NCBI GenBank assembly: GCA_036307825.1
Contig: JAXJWW010000104.1
Coordinates: 10,678-74,677 of the forward strand
DNA from: Treponemataceae bacterium
Lineage (GTDB): Bacteria; Spirochaetota; Spirochaetia; Treponematales; Treponemataceae
DNA length: 64,000 nucleotides
Direction: 5' to 3'
Both the position numbers and the translations under genes were made by a program. Below the pieces are notes generated by a model. It was not told where the DNA came from. It saw only the letters and a list, made by a program, of their open reading frames with translations, and made no database searches. Shown here piece by piece: positions 37,524 through 47,150 of the stretch. Each line of letters starts with the position of its first letter. Positions within the stretch are counted from its first letter, which is position 1.

Positions 37524-38342
37524 CTATTTTCCTAAAAACAAAGTTGCTTTTTCACTTCCGTCAGAAAGTTTTTGCAAAACCTGAGAATGAGAACCGTTTG
37601 CTAAAATCATTGGGATTCCGTATTCTGTTGCACGAACGGCAGCTTCAAGTTTTGTTGCAATTCCGCCAGTACCAAAAGAATTAGTAGCACCAATAGTGAT
37701 ATTTGCTTTTAGTTTTTCTACATCATCAACTAATTCTACAAGTTTTGCATCTGGATTAGATTTTGGATTATCTGTATAAACTCCATCAATATCGCTAAAA
37801 AGCACAAGTAAATCTGCACTCCACAAAATTGCTGTTAGCGCACTTAAGTTATCGTTATCACCAATGCTGATTTCATCAAATGTAACAGAGTCGTTTTCGT
37901 TAATAATTGGAACAACACCTTCATCAACCAAAGTGAACAAAGTGTTTCGCATATTCAAAGTTCTGTGTGGGTCTAAAAAGTCTTCTTTTGTAAGCAAAAG
38001 TTGACCAATGTGATAACCGTATTGAGCAAAAGCTTTTCTCCAATGGTCCATCAATTCAACTTGGCCGATAGCACAAAGCGCTTGACGATAATGAATATCT
38101 TTTTTTCTTGCCCATCTATCAATAGTAGAAACTCCTGCAACTTGTGCCCCGGAAGAAACAAGAACGATTTGCTTTCCAGCCTTAATTAGTTCAGCACATT
38201 GACTAGCCAACTGATTCATAAAATCTAAGTTGATTTTTCCATCTTGATTTGCAAGAGTATTTGAACCGATTTTTATAACGATTTTTCTAGCTTTTTCAAA
38301 AACTTCTTTTATTGAATTTTCCATATTTATTTTGAACCTCAA
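37524..38342 (-). CDS. proB: glutamate 5-kinase (short form, no PUA domain)
   Basis: IVIKIGSNTL, VSSGA and GTGGIATK motifs. True start may be ATG 38324 (MENSIKE). Confidence 0.85.
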   Translation of the reverse strand: MRFKINMENSIKEVFEKARKIVIKIGSNTLANQDGKINLDFMNQLASQCAELIKAGKQIVLVSSGAQVAGVSTIDRWARKKDIHYRQALCAIGQVELMDHWRKAFAQYGYHIGQLLLTKEDFLDPHRTLNMRNTLFTLVDEGVVPIINENDSVTFDEISIGDNDNLSALTAILWSADLLVLFSDIDGVYTDNPKSNPDAKLVELVDDVEKLKANITIGATNSFGTGGIATKLEAAVRATEYGIPMILANGSHSQVLQKLSDGSEKATLFLGK

Positions 38343-39626
38343 TTAACGAGTATGTCCATCTCCATCAATTAAATATTTTGTAGTTGTAAGCGCAGTTAAT
38401 CCCATGGGACCACGCACATGAAATTTTTGGGTACTAATTCCAAGTTCTGCACCAAAACCAAAAACTCCACCGTCTGTAAAACGAGTTGAAGCATTTACAT
38501 AAACACTAGAAGCATCAATTTCTGACTGGAATTTTTTTGCATTACTGATATTTTGTGTAATAATTGCTTCTGAATGTTTTGTGTTATGAGAATTGATATG
38601 CAAAATTGCTTGTTCGATATTTTCTACAACTTTGATTGCTAAAATATTATCCAAAAATTCAAAACCAAAATCATCTTCTGTTGCAAGTTTTAATTTATCA
38701 TTTTGCATTAAGTTCAAAGATTTGATGATTTCGTAAGAGTTGGCACAACAGCGAAGTTCTGCGCGATTATCAAATTTTTTTACAAGTTCTGGTAAAAATT
38801 CTTTTGCAATATTTTTATGAACTAAAAGAGTTTCCATTGCGTTACAAACGCCAGGTCGTTGAAGTTTTGCATTTTCTGCAATTAAAACAGCCTTTTGAAT
38901 ATCAGCAGTTTCATCAATAAAAGTATGGCAAACTCCGCTACCTGTTTCGATTACAGGAACTGTTGCTTTTTCTACAACCATTTTAATTAAGTTTGCACCA
39001 CCTCTAGGAAGAACTACATCTATAAAACCCTTTGCAGTTAAAATTTGGTCAACTTCACTTCGTTCTCCAGAATCTGCAAGAGCAATTCCTTCTGGAACAC
39101 CTTGATTTACATTATTTTTATCAAAAGCATTTTCTAAGCCTTCTTTAATTGCTTTTACAATAGCACGATTTGAATTTAAAGCCGAAGAACTACCTCTAAG
39201 TAAAATTGAATTTCCACTTTTGTAAGCAAGAGCAAAAGCATCAGCTGTAACATTGGGACGAGATTCATAAATAATTGCGGCAACTCCAAGAGGAACTCTA
39301 ACTTGTCTAATTGTTAAACCTTCTGGAGTTTTCCAACCTGCAATTTCTGAACCGATTGGATCTTCTGATTGTGCAACGATTTTTATACTTTCGATAATTC
39401 CGTCAATGCGTTTATCATCAAGAGAAAGTCTATCAACTAAACTTTCTGGAACACCTTTTTGGCGAGAAAGTTCAACATCGATAGCGTTTGCTTGTAAAAT
39501 TGATTTTCGATTTTTGTCTATTGAAGAGGCAGCTGCAAGCAATCCTAAGTTTTTTTGACTTGCAGTTAGCTGTGAAAGTCGCTTTGCTCCCTCCCTTAAA
39601 CTAACAAATACTTGGGATAACTCCAT
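38343..39626 (-). CDS. proA: glutamate-5-semialdehyde dehydrogenase
   Basis: 427 aa. Catalytic Cys context GVCNAMETLLVH. Confidence 0.9.
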   Translation of the reverse strand: MELSQVFVSLREGAKRLSQLTASQKNLGLLAAASSIDKNRKSILQANAIDVELSRQKGVPESLVDRLSLDDKRIDGIIESIKIVAQSEDPIGSEIAGWKTPEGLTIRQVRVPLGVAAIIYESRPNVTADAFALAYKSGNSILLRGSSSALNSNRAIVKAIKEGLENAFDKNNVNQGVPEGIALADSGERSEVDQILTAKGFIDVVLPRGGANLIKMVVEKATVPVIETGSGVCHTFIDETADIQKAVLIAENAKLQRPGVCNAMETLLVHKNIAKEFLPELVKKFDNRAELRCCANSYEIIKSLNLMQNDKLKLATEDDFGFEFLDNILAIKVVENIEQAILHINSHNTKHSEAIITQNISNAKKFQSEIDASSVYVNASTRFTDGGVFGFGAELGISTQKFHVRGPMGLTALTTTKYLIDGDGHTR

Positions 39627-39647
39627 ATTGTGCCTCTGTAAATAAAA

Positions 39648-40214
39648 TTAATAATTTGCTAAAAAGTACATTCCTAAAACTAATGCAACTCGAATTTTTT
39701 CTGTAGACCAAGTTTGTTCTTTTGGTAAACTGTGTAAGAACCACCAGAAAGTACCAAAACCCGGATCAATTCTTAATGCATATTCAGCAAAATCATCGCT
39801 TTTTGCAACAGAACCAAACATCAATAAAACAGCTTCGTTCAAAGTTTGCAAAACAGGAATATATGCTTGAGTATAATCTTTTTTGGATAAACTTTCACAA
39901 ATTGAATCTAATTTTAAAAGAAGTTGTTCTTTTATTGTTTCGTCACTTTTTTCAACCCAAGTTTTTTGAACAAGAAGTTTTAAGTTATTATGAAAATGCA
40001 TGAGCAACTTTGATTCAGTTTCAGATTTTTCATCTTCATTTCCTGAAATCAATAGAGTAATATCTTTTGAACCACCAAATTCCTTAGCAATTACCATTGC
40101 GTTTTTTACAACTTCATCATTTTCTGAGGAATCTAAAAAAACTGCAAGAGCATCAAGGAGTTCTTTAGCGATATACTGTGAATAAATTTCGTTACTTTTA
40201 TTTGTATTTTGCAT
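39648..40214 (-). CDS. hypothetical protein, first gene of the pro operon
   Basis: 188-aa ORF, 21 nt upstream of proA. No motif recognised. Confidence 0.5.
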   Translation of the reverse strand: MQNTNKSNEIYSQYIAKELLDALAVFLDSSENDEVVKNAMVIAKEFGGSKDITLLISGNEDEKSETESKLLMHFHNNLKLLVQKTWVEKSDETIKEQLLLKLDSICESLSKKDYTQAYIPVLQTLNEAVLLMFGSVAKSDDFAEYALRIDPGFGTFWWFLHSLPKEQTWSTEKIRVALVLGMYFLANY

Positions 40215-40335
40215 ATATTATTGATACTATTTTTATCGATTTTTGTCTACTACTAAGGATTTTTGAAAAACCCTCGTATCCCTAAAATTATTTCCCCACA
40301 ACTTGTCATAAAAAAAACACTTTTTACAAGATTGT

Positions 40336-40433
40336 ACAAAAAGACGCAACCAGAAAATGACTCAAGATAGCATTGAACGAACGCAGTGAGTGAACCGCTA
40401 TCTTCGAGGCATTTTTTGGCGAGAGTCTTTTTG
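40336..40433. repeat. long imperfect palindrome in a divergent promoter region
   Basis: Left arm acaaaaagacgcaaccagaaaatgactcaagatagc pairs imperfectly with right arm gctatcttcgaggcattttttggcgagagtctttttgg. 25-nt loop. Confidence 0.6.
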
Positions 40434-40477
40434 GAGAATTATTACTAAAAAGTATTTTCTTATATAAATACTATGTC

Positions 40478-40506
40478 TTGAAACTAAACTCTAGGTATGT
40501 TAAATT
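40478..40506 (+). promoter_or_regulatory. sigma70-like promoter, candidate leaderless start of def
   Basis: TTGAAA-17-TAAATT. 6-nt gap to ATG 40513. No SD. Confidence 0.55.
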
Positions 40507-40512
40507 TTACCT

Positions 40513-41061
40513 ATGCTAGAAATAATTAAATTAGATAACGAACTTCTTAGACAAGTGTCTGAACCTGTAAAAGAAGTAAATGATGAAATACGCACCTTAA
40601 TAAGCGAAATGTTTGAAACTATGGATGCCGCAGAAGGCGTTGGACTAGCCGCACCACAAGTTGGAAAACTTTTGCGACTTTTTGTTTTACAAGCTGATGA
40701 CGGAATTCGCCGAGCGTTTATCAATCCACAAATTATTGCAACCTCTGCAGAAACTTGTGAATACGAAGAAGGCTGTCTTTCTATTCCAAAAGCCTACGAA
40801 ACAATTGTTCGTCCTGCAAAAGTAACAGTTCAAGCATTAAACGAAAACGGAAAACCTTTTACTCTAGAAGCAGATGGATTTTTGGCTCGTATCATTCAAC
40901 ATGAATATGACCACTTAGACGGATTTTTGTATATCGATAGAGGCGACGAAGAAACAAAACAAAGAATCATCGAAACTTTTAACCGAAGACAAGCTCGTAA
41001 AGCTGAAAAAGAAAGATTAAAAGCAAAGAAAGCTGCAAAAATTGCTGCTAAAAAAGGATAA
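40513..41061 (+). CDS. def: peptide deformylase
   Basis: GVGLAAPQ, EGCLS and HEYDHL motifs. Lys-rich C-terminal tail. Confidence 0.9.
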   Translation: MLEIIKLDNELLRQVSEPVKEVNDEIRTLISEMFETMDAAEGVGLAAPQVGKLLRLFVLQADDGIRRAFINPQIIATSAETCEYEEGCLSIPKAYETIVRPAKVTVQALNENGKPFTLEADGFLARIIQHEYDHLDGFLYIDRGDEETKQRIIETFNRRQARKAEKERLKAKKAAKIAAKKG

Positions 41062-41064
41062 ATC

Positions 41065-42078
41065 GTGCTAAAAATTGTTTATTGCGGAAGCCCCGAAATT
41101 GCAGCCCTTCCTCTAAAAGAACTTTTTGAAGATAAAACTCATCAAATTGTAGCGGTTCTTACAAATCCTCCAAGTATGAAAGGCAGAAAAGGAGATTTAG
41201 TTCCAACTCCAGTTGAAATGGTTGCGCGGGATTTTCAAGCTCAAGGAAGAAATGTAGAAATTCTCACTCCAGAAAAACTAGACGCTTCAGTTAGAGAAAA
41301 AATTTCTAGTTTAAATCCTGATATCTTAGTTTGTTTTGCCTACGGAAAGATTTTTGGACCAAAATTTTTGGAACTTTTTCCTATGGGTGCAATAAATTTA
41401 CATCCTTCCTTGTTGCCAAAATATCGGGGATGTACGCCAGTTCCAGCTGCAATCTTAAATCAAGATAAAATTACAGGAATTACAATTCAGCGCCTTGTTC
41501 AACAAATGGATGCTGGTGATATTCTTTTGCAAAAAGAACTTGTTATCCAAGAAGATGATAATTCTGAAACAATTTTGAACAAAGCATCTTCACAAGGTGG
41601 AAAATTATTTTTAGAAGTTCTAAACCAAATTGAAAACAAAACTGAAAAACCTGTTCCACAAGATGAAAGTCAAGCAACTTATTGCAGAATGTTAGAAAAG
41701 GAAGATGGTAAAATCGATTGGTCAAAATCAGCAAATGAAATTGACGCAAAAATCAGAGCCTTTTATCCTTGGCCTGGAGCATTCACAAAGGTTGGCGAAA
41801 ATATCTTAAAAATTCACTCTTGTTCAGTTTTTGATATGGAAAAATTTGAAACTACAAATATCACAGTTGCAGATTGTTCTGTGCAAAAACTTTCTTCAAT
41901 TTCTGGAAAAATTCCGGGAACAGTTTTAGGAGTAGACAAATCTTGTGGAATTTTAGTTCAAACTGGAAATGGAATTTTAGTGCTAAAAAATTTACAGTGG
42001 CAAGCAAAAAAAGCAATGAACTGGAAAGATTTTATGAACGGTTCAAAGCAATTTTGTAGTTGTATCTGTGGTCAATAA
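41065..42078 (+). CDS. fmt: methionyl-tRNA formyltransferase
   Basis: GTG start 3 nt after the def stop. HPSLLPKYRG motif. 337 aa. Confidence 0.9.
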   Translation: MLKIVYCGSPEIAALPLKELFEDKTHQIVAVLTNPPSMKGRKGDLVPTPVEMVARDFQAQGRNVEILTPEKLDASVREKISSLNPDILVCFAYGKIFGPKFLELFPMGAINLHPSLLPKYRGCTPVPAAILNQDKITGITIQRLVQQMDAGDILLQKELVIQEDDNSETILNKASSQGGKLFLEVLNQIENKTEKPVPQDESQATYCRMLEKEDGKIDWSKSANEIDAKIRAFYPWPGAFTKVGENILKIHSCSVFDMEKFETTNITVADCSVQKLSSISGKIPGTVLGVDKSCGILVQTGNGILVLKNLQWQAKKAMNWKDFMNGSKQFCSCICGQ

Positions 42079-42097
42079 ATGATAAAATGAGGTCGTT

Positions 42098-43105
42098 ATG
42101 AAAAATTTATGGAATGATTTTCAAGACTTTTTAGAATCTCTCCAATCTAATGGAAAATCCTTGTTGATTCTTTCTATTGGATTGATTGTTTTAATGGGAA
42201 TTATTACTGTTGGAGTTTTCTTTCTTTCTGTAAAAGGCTCAGAAGAAGTTATGGTTCCAGATGTAGTTGGCAAGGAATTTACAACAGCTTGTCTTGATAT
42301 GGAAGTAAAAGAACTTTATCCTCGTATCCAACTTAGATATTCAAACTCACCGGATGAAAAAGGCAGAGTTCTTGAACAAAGTCCTGCACCGGGAACAATC
42401 GTAAAAGCTGGAAAGAGAATTGACTTAGTTATTAGTCGTGGTGTTGTTATTGATAGAGTTGAAAACTTTGTAGGTCAAAAACTTGATGATGTAAAAATGC
42501 ATCTTCAATCTTTGTTCACTTCTTCAGTAAAAGCTTTAATCGTTCTTGATGAACCAATGTACGAATACAACAAAGCTGAAGCAGGAACAATTATTGCACA
42601 AGAACCAGCAGCAGACACAAATATTTCTGAACCAATTAAGTTGAAATTAGTTGTTAGTCGTGGTCCTGAACACGAAAAAGCAAAAGTGCCAAATCTTGTT
42701 GGACTTTCTATTAACGATACACTTTTACAAATGACAAGAAGCAAAATCGTTTTTGAATTTACTTCTCGTCCAGTTGAAAAAGGTGAAAAAGCCGGAACTG
42801 TAGTTTCTCAACTTCCAAATGATGGTTCTTGGGTAGATACTTATTCTAGAGTGAGTGCTGTTATCGCTTATCCAGAAACAACAACTGATGATATGGTTTA
42901 CGGAATCTTTACAGAAGAATTACCTGAATATGCTTACGCACTTCAAATTAAACTTGAAGCTATCACTCCAGAAGAAGAAAGATATCAAATTGCTTCAATT
43001 ATGCACCCAGGTGGATTGTTGACAATTCCTTATGTTGTTCCAAAAAATTCTATTTTGGTACTTTCAATTTATGACAAAGAAGCAATAAGAAGATCAGTTC
43101 AATAG
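42098..43105 (+). CDS. PASTA domain-containing membrane protein
   Basis: N-terminal TM, then repeated VPDVVGK / VPNLVG PASTA-type modules. No kinase or PBP domain. Confidence 0.7.
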   Translation: MKNLWNDFQDFLESLQSNGKSLLILSIGLIVLMGIITVGVFFLSVKGSEEVMVPDVVGKEFTTACLDMEVKELYPRIQLRYSNSPDEKGRVLEQSPAPGTIVKAGKRIDLVISRGVVIDRVENFVGQKLDDVKMHLQSLFTSSVKALIVLDEPMYEYNKAEAGTIIAQEPAADTNISEPIKLKLVVSRGPEHEKAKVPNLVGLSINDTLLQMTRSKIVFEFTSRPVEKGEKAGTVVSQLPNDGSWVDTYSRVSAVIAYPETTTDDMVYGIFTEELPEYAYALQIKLEAITPEEERYQIASIMHPGGLLTIPYVVPKNSILVLSIYDKEAIRRSVQ

Positions 43106-43147
43106 TTTAATAAATTATCAAAATAAAAAACTTTTGGTAAAAAAAAT

Positions 43148-43205
43148 AAGGCTTTGTTGCAAAATCTGAAAAAAAATATCAGACTAGCAAACAAAGCCTT
43201 TTTTA
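43148..43205. terminator. bidirectional rho-independent terminator
   Basis: AAGGCTTTGTTGC / GCAAACAAAGCCTT long stem (one bulge) followed by a T-run. Confidence 0.75.
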
Positions 43206-43233
43206 TTTGTAATTTTATCTAAAAATCTACAAA

Positions 43234-43608
43234 TTATTTTTTGAATTTGATATTTGTTGTGTAAACAACATCACTTCCCATTGGTTCAACTGTAAGTTCC
43301 AAATCTGTGCTTAAAGTTAATGGTTTTCTGAATGTGTAATTTCTGTTTGTTTGGTCACAAGAAAATTTCAATTCAAGACCTTTTGTTGAAGGTGTAAGTT
43401 TGAAGTTTGAAATTACATCATCTGTAAAAGCAAAAATCAATTCACCTGTAACAGAATCTTTTAATTGAATAGATTCTACGCTAAAAAACCATTCACCGTT
43501 CCAGTTTTCATCAATCCATGAACCTGTAGGGAAATCACCTTTGTCGATAGCAAAAGCTCCAACTGTCAACATTGCAAAAATCAATGTAACTAAAAATAAT
43601 TTTTTCAT
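43234..43608 (-). CDS. hypothetical small secreted protein
   Basis: Signal peptide MKKLFLVTLIFAMLTVGAFA. GGAGG SD. Confidence 0.5.
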   Translation of the reverse strand: MKKLFLVTLIFAMLTVGAFAIDKGDFPTGSWIDENWNGEWFFSVESIQLKDSVTGELIFAFTDDVISNFKLTPSTKGLELKFSCDQTNRNYTFRKPLTLSTDLELTVEPMGSDVVYTTNIKFKK

Positions 43609-43675
43609 TATAAATCCTCCATTTTAGGTTACTTAAAAAGTAAGCAACCTAAATAAATATTTTTTCGTAACGCAA

Positions 43676-45163
43676 TTATTTTGCATTACGTTTTTTCATA
43701 AAGAAAATAAATCCGATTGTTGCTGCAATACCAAAAATCAAAGAAATTACGGCAGATTTTGTAAAACCTGCAATAATGTATGTTACAAAAGAAATTCCAG
43801 CAACACTTAAAGCGTAAGGAAGCTGAGTTTCAACATGTTTTACATGGTCACATTGAGCACCTGCACTTGCCATAATTGTTGTGTCTGAAATTGGTGAACA
43901 GTGGTCTCCACAAACTGCACCAGCCATACAAGCAGAAATTGAAATAACTCTTAATGCATCTGTTGAATCTGGGAAAACTGCGATACAAATTGGAATCAAA
44001 ATACCGAATGTTCCCCAAGAAGTTCCAGTTGCAAAAGCCAATCCACAAGCAATAACAAAGATAATTGCTGGTAAGAAATTCATAAATCCTGCAGCACTTC
44101 CACTTACTAAACCTGCAACAAAATCTTTTGCACCAAGACTATCTGTCATAGCTTTTAGTGTCCAAGCAAGTGACAAAATGATAATTGCTGGAACCATTGC
44201 TTTGAATCCGTCAGGAACACAAGACATACATTCTTTGAAAGGAAGAACTTTTCTAACCACATAAACTAATACTGTAATAATCAAAGTTCCAAATGAACCA
44301 AGAACAAGACCAACTGAAGCATCAGAATTTGCAAATGAATCGATAAAGTTCCATTGTGTTTCGCCTTCAGAAAAGAATCCACCTGAATAAATCATTCCAA
44401 GAGTACACATTACAATTAAAACTACAATAGGGAAAACCAAGTCGATAACTTTTCCGTTTCCGATTGGACTTTCTTCTTCATAGTCTGCATCACTCATCAT
44501 TTGAAGCGCTTTTTCGTATTTTGACATTTTACCGTATTCAGTTTTCATTAAAACTAAAGCCAACATCATCACTATTGTAAGAAGAGCATAAAAGTTAAAT
44601 GGAATTGCTTTGATAAAAAGTGCAAGTCCGTTTTCACCTTCTGTAACGAATCCTGAAACAGCAGCAGCCCAAGAAGAAATTGGAGCAATAATACAAACTG
44701 GTGCAGCAGTTGCATCAATTAAATATGCTAATTTTTCTCTTGAAACTTTGTATTTATCTGTAACTGGACGCATAACGCTTCCAACTGTAAGACAGTTAAA
44801 ATAGTCGTCAATAAAAATCATAACTCCAAGACAAATTGTAGCAAGTTGAGCTCCAACTTTTGATTTAATGTGTTTTTTTGCCCAGTTTCCGAAGGCAGCA
44901 GAACCACCAGCTTTGTTCATTAACGCAACCATAATTCCTAAAACTACAAGGAAAAGCAAAATTCCTACATTATAACTATCTGAAAGTCGAGTTATAAATC
45001 CATCTTGAAAAACATGAGTAAAAAATCCTGTAAAAGAAAGCCCAGAATAAAATACTCCACCAATTAAAATACCGATAAAAAGTGAAGAATAAACTTCTTT
45101 TGTAATCAACGCTAGAGCAATAGCAACAATTGCAGGAACTAGCGACCAAAATGTTCCAACCAT
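43676..45163 (-). CDS. nhaC: Na+/H+ antiporter NhaC family protein
   Basis: 495 aa, polytopic. Overall NhaC-like block order as judged by eye. Confidence 0.7.
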   Translation of the reverse strand: MVGTFWSLVPAIVAIALALITKEVYSSLFIGILIGGVFYSGLSFTGFFTHVFQDGFITRLSDSYNVGILLFLVVLGIMVALMNKAGGSAAFGNWAKKHIKSKVGAQLATICLGVMIFIDDYFNCLTVGSVMRPVTDKYKVSREKLAYLIDATAAPVCIIAPISSWAAAVSGFVTEGENGLALFIKAIPFNFYALLTIVMMLALVLMKTEYGKMSKYEKALQMMSDADYEEESPIGNGKVIDLVFPIVVLIVMCTLGMIYSGGFFSEGETQWNFIDSFANSDASVGLVLGSFGTLIITVLVYVVRKVLPFKECMSCVPDGFKAMVPAIIILSLAWTLKAMTDSLGAKDFVAGLVSGSAAGFMNFLPAIIFVIACGLAFATGTSWGTFGILIPICIAVFPDSTDALRVISISACMAGAVCGDHCSPISDTTIMASAGAQCDHVKHVETQLPYALSVAGISFVTYIIAGFTKSAVISLIFGIAATIGFIFFMKKRNAK

Positions 45164-45187
45164 TTTTCTTTAAACTCCTATAAATAA

Positions 45188-45349
45188 TTAATCTTTTAGT
45201 TTTGTAAAGTCTGTTGTAAGAGGCTCAGTTACATCATCTTTGATAAGTTTTTCCATAACTTTGATGACATAATCAAGTTCATCTAAAAGAGATGCAGCAC
45301 AATAAGTTTTTATTTCTTTAAGTGCTTTTAAGGCTTCTTCGTTTTTCAT
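45188..45349 (-). CDS. hypothetical 53-aa protein upstream of nhaC
   Basis: MKNEEALKALKEIKTYCAASLLDELDYVIKVMEKLIKDDVTEPLTTDFTKLKD. GGGGGAA SD 6 nt upstream. Below the ORF-track cutoff. Confidence 0.4.
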   Translation of the reverse strand: MKNEEALKALKEIKTYCAASLLDELDYVIKVMEKLIKDDVTEPLTTDFTKLKD

Positions 45350-45464
45350 AAAAACATTCCCCCTGTATACAATTTAATAGATACATCTATCATTTTATCA
45401 TAGATTTTATATAGAGCAAGAAATATTTTTATCAATAGAAACATTTTTGTTTCATGATAAATTT

Positions 45465-47105
45465 TTACCATGAATAAAGTTTTACAGTTTCAGTTTTTCC
45501 TCGGATTTCGGCATCGGCAACAAAGCGAAAATCAATATTTTTATCATCATTTTGATTTTGTAAATTGATTTGATTTAGTGTGGTTTCAGAAATCAATAAA
45601 TCTGTATTGTAATTTTTGCAAAGAGATTCAATTCTACTTGCTGTATTTACAGTATCACCGATTACTGTGTATTCCATTCGATTTTCTGCCCCAATGTTTC
45701 CTGCAAGAACTGAACCAGAATGTAAACCAATTCCAAAAGAAATTTGATTTAATCCTTCTTTTGAAAATTTTTCATTAAGAAGTTCAAGCGTTTTTTTCAT
45801 TTCCAAAGCGGCATTGTAAGCATCAAAAGCATGATTTTCTGATTTTACTGGAGCACCAAAAATTGCCATCACAGCATCCCCGATATATTTATTGATAACA
45901 CCATGATTTTTTGAAATACATTTTCCCATTTGGGTAAAATATTGATTCAAAAGATTTACGACCGCTTCAGGTTTCATATTTTCGGAAAGTGAAGTAAAGC
46001 CGCGAATATCACAAAACATTACAGTAACATCACAATTTTCGCCACCAAGAGAAATATTTCCACTTAAAAGATGGTCGCGAATTTCTGGGTCAACAACTTT
46101 TCCAAAGGTATCTCGAATAAATTCTTTTTCTTTTAGTGATTCTGCCATTTCATTGAAAGTGTCAGATAAAAGTCCCAATTCATCATTTGAAATATTTTTA
46201 ACTTTTACAGAATAATCCCCTTTTGTAATTTTTTCAGTTCCTTCAATTAGCTTTGTTAGAGGAACTGTAAAGATTCTCATAAAAACGATTGTTAAAGATA
46301 GAGAACAGCCAAAAAGGATAATTGATATTTTAATGGTATTCCAATTTATAGGAATTTGATTGTTTATTTGCACAGACACAAAGGATGATAGAATAAAAAT
46401 TATTGGAAAAACTGAAACTGTTACAAAAAAGAAAATAAACAGAAAATTCAGAGAAAACTTTTTCACGCCTGGGATTTTTGAAACCTTGCCTTCTGGAAAA
46501 AGCCGAGGTAAAACAGCACTTCGGTTTACTGTTTCTGTAACAAAATAAGAAACAACAAAACTAAAAATTGATTCTAAAACTATAAAAATCAAAGAGCTAA
46601 ACAGAATATATGTAAGATTTATATTAAATGTGAATTTTGCATATATACAAAAAATTACTTCTACTATAAGGGATAAAATCCAGCCAAGAATTCCTAATAA
46701 AGAATATTTAATAGGAAGATTAACAACTTTTTGTGCTGCAATTATGTCTTCCTTTGCATGTAAAATTGATAAACTGTCTTTTATGCAAATTATTGAAGGA
46801 ATAAGAAACACGATAATAGTAAGAGAAGTTATCAATATTTCATTTGAATCAACAAAATTTTTCCATACAAGCATATCCGCTGTATAGGCAACGGGAATAT
46901 CTACAGTAACTGGAAGTAGCTGAGCCATAAAATTAGCAAACAAAACACTTGCTAAATAAACAAGAGAAACTCTAAAACAATATTTTTTATCAATATTAAA
47001 TGAAGATGTAAAATCTGTTTTTGATGTAAATTTTTCAGCCATAAAAAGAATTATACACAAGAAAATACAAGAGAGCAAGAAATAAAAAAAGTTTACGATA
47101 ACCAT
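45465..47105 (-). CDS. membrane sensor class III adenylate/guanylate cyclase with HAMP domain
   Basis: VTVMFCDIRGFTSLSE, KYIGDAVMAIFGAP and GDTVNTASRIES cyclase motifs. Multi-TM N-terminus plus HAMP. Confidence 0.85.
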   Translation of the reverse strand: MVIVNFFYFLLSCIFLCIILFMAEKFTSKTDFTSSFNIDKKYCFRVSLVYLASVLFANFMAQLLPVTVDIPVAYTADMLVWKNFVDSNEILITSLTIIVFLIPSIICIKDSLSILHAKEDIIAAQKVVNLPIKYSLLGILGWILSLIVEVIFCIYAKFTFNINLTYILFSSLIFIVLESIFSFVVSYFVTETVNRSAVLPRLFPEGKVSKIPGVKKFSLNFLFIFFFVTVSVFPIIFILSSFVSVQINNQIPINWNTIKISIILFGCSLSLTIVFMRIFTVPLTKLIEGTEKITKGDYSVKVKNISNDELGLLSDTFNEMAESLKEKEFIRDTFGKVVDPEIRDHLLSGNISLGGENCDVTVMFCDIRGFTSLSENMKPEAVVNLLNQYFTQMGKCISKNHGVINKYIGDAVMAIFGAPVKSENHAFDAYNAALEMKKTLELLNEKFSKEGLNQISFGIGLHSGSVLAGNIGAENRMEYTVIGDTVNTASRIESLCKNYNTDLLISETTLNQINLQNQNDDKNIDFRFVADAEIRGKTETVKLYSW

Positions 47106-47150
47106 ATCTTACATCTGTGCAAAAAAGAAAATCTGTATTAAACTTTGATT

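Noticed and set aside
40500-40724. 74-aa minus-strand ORF overlapping the def start
   Set aside because: It is antisense to a motif-rich, confidently called def gene, with no expression signals.
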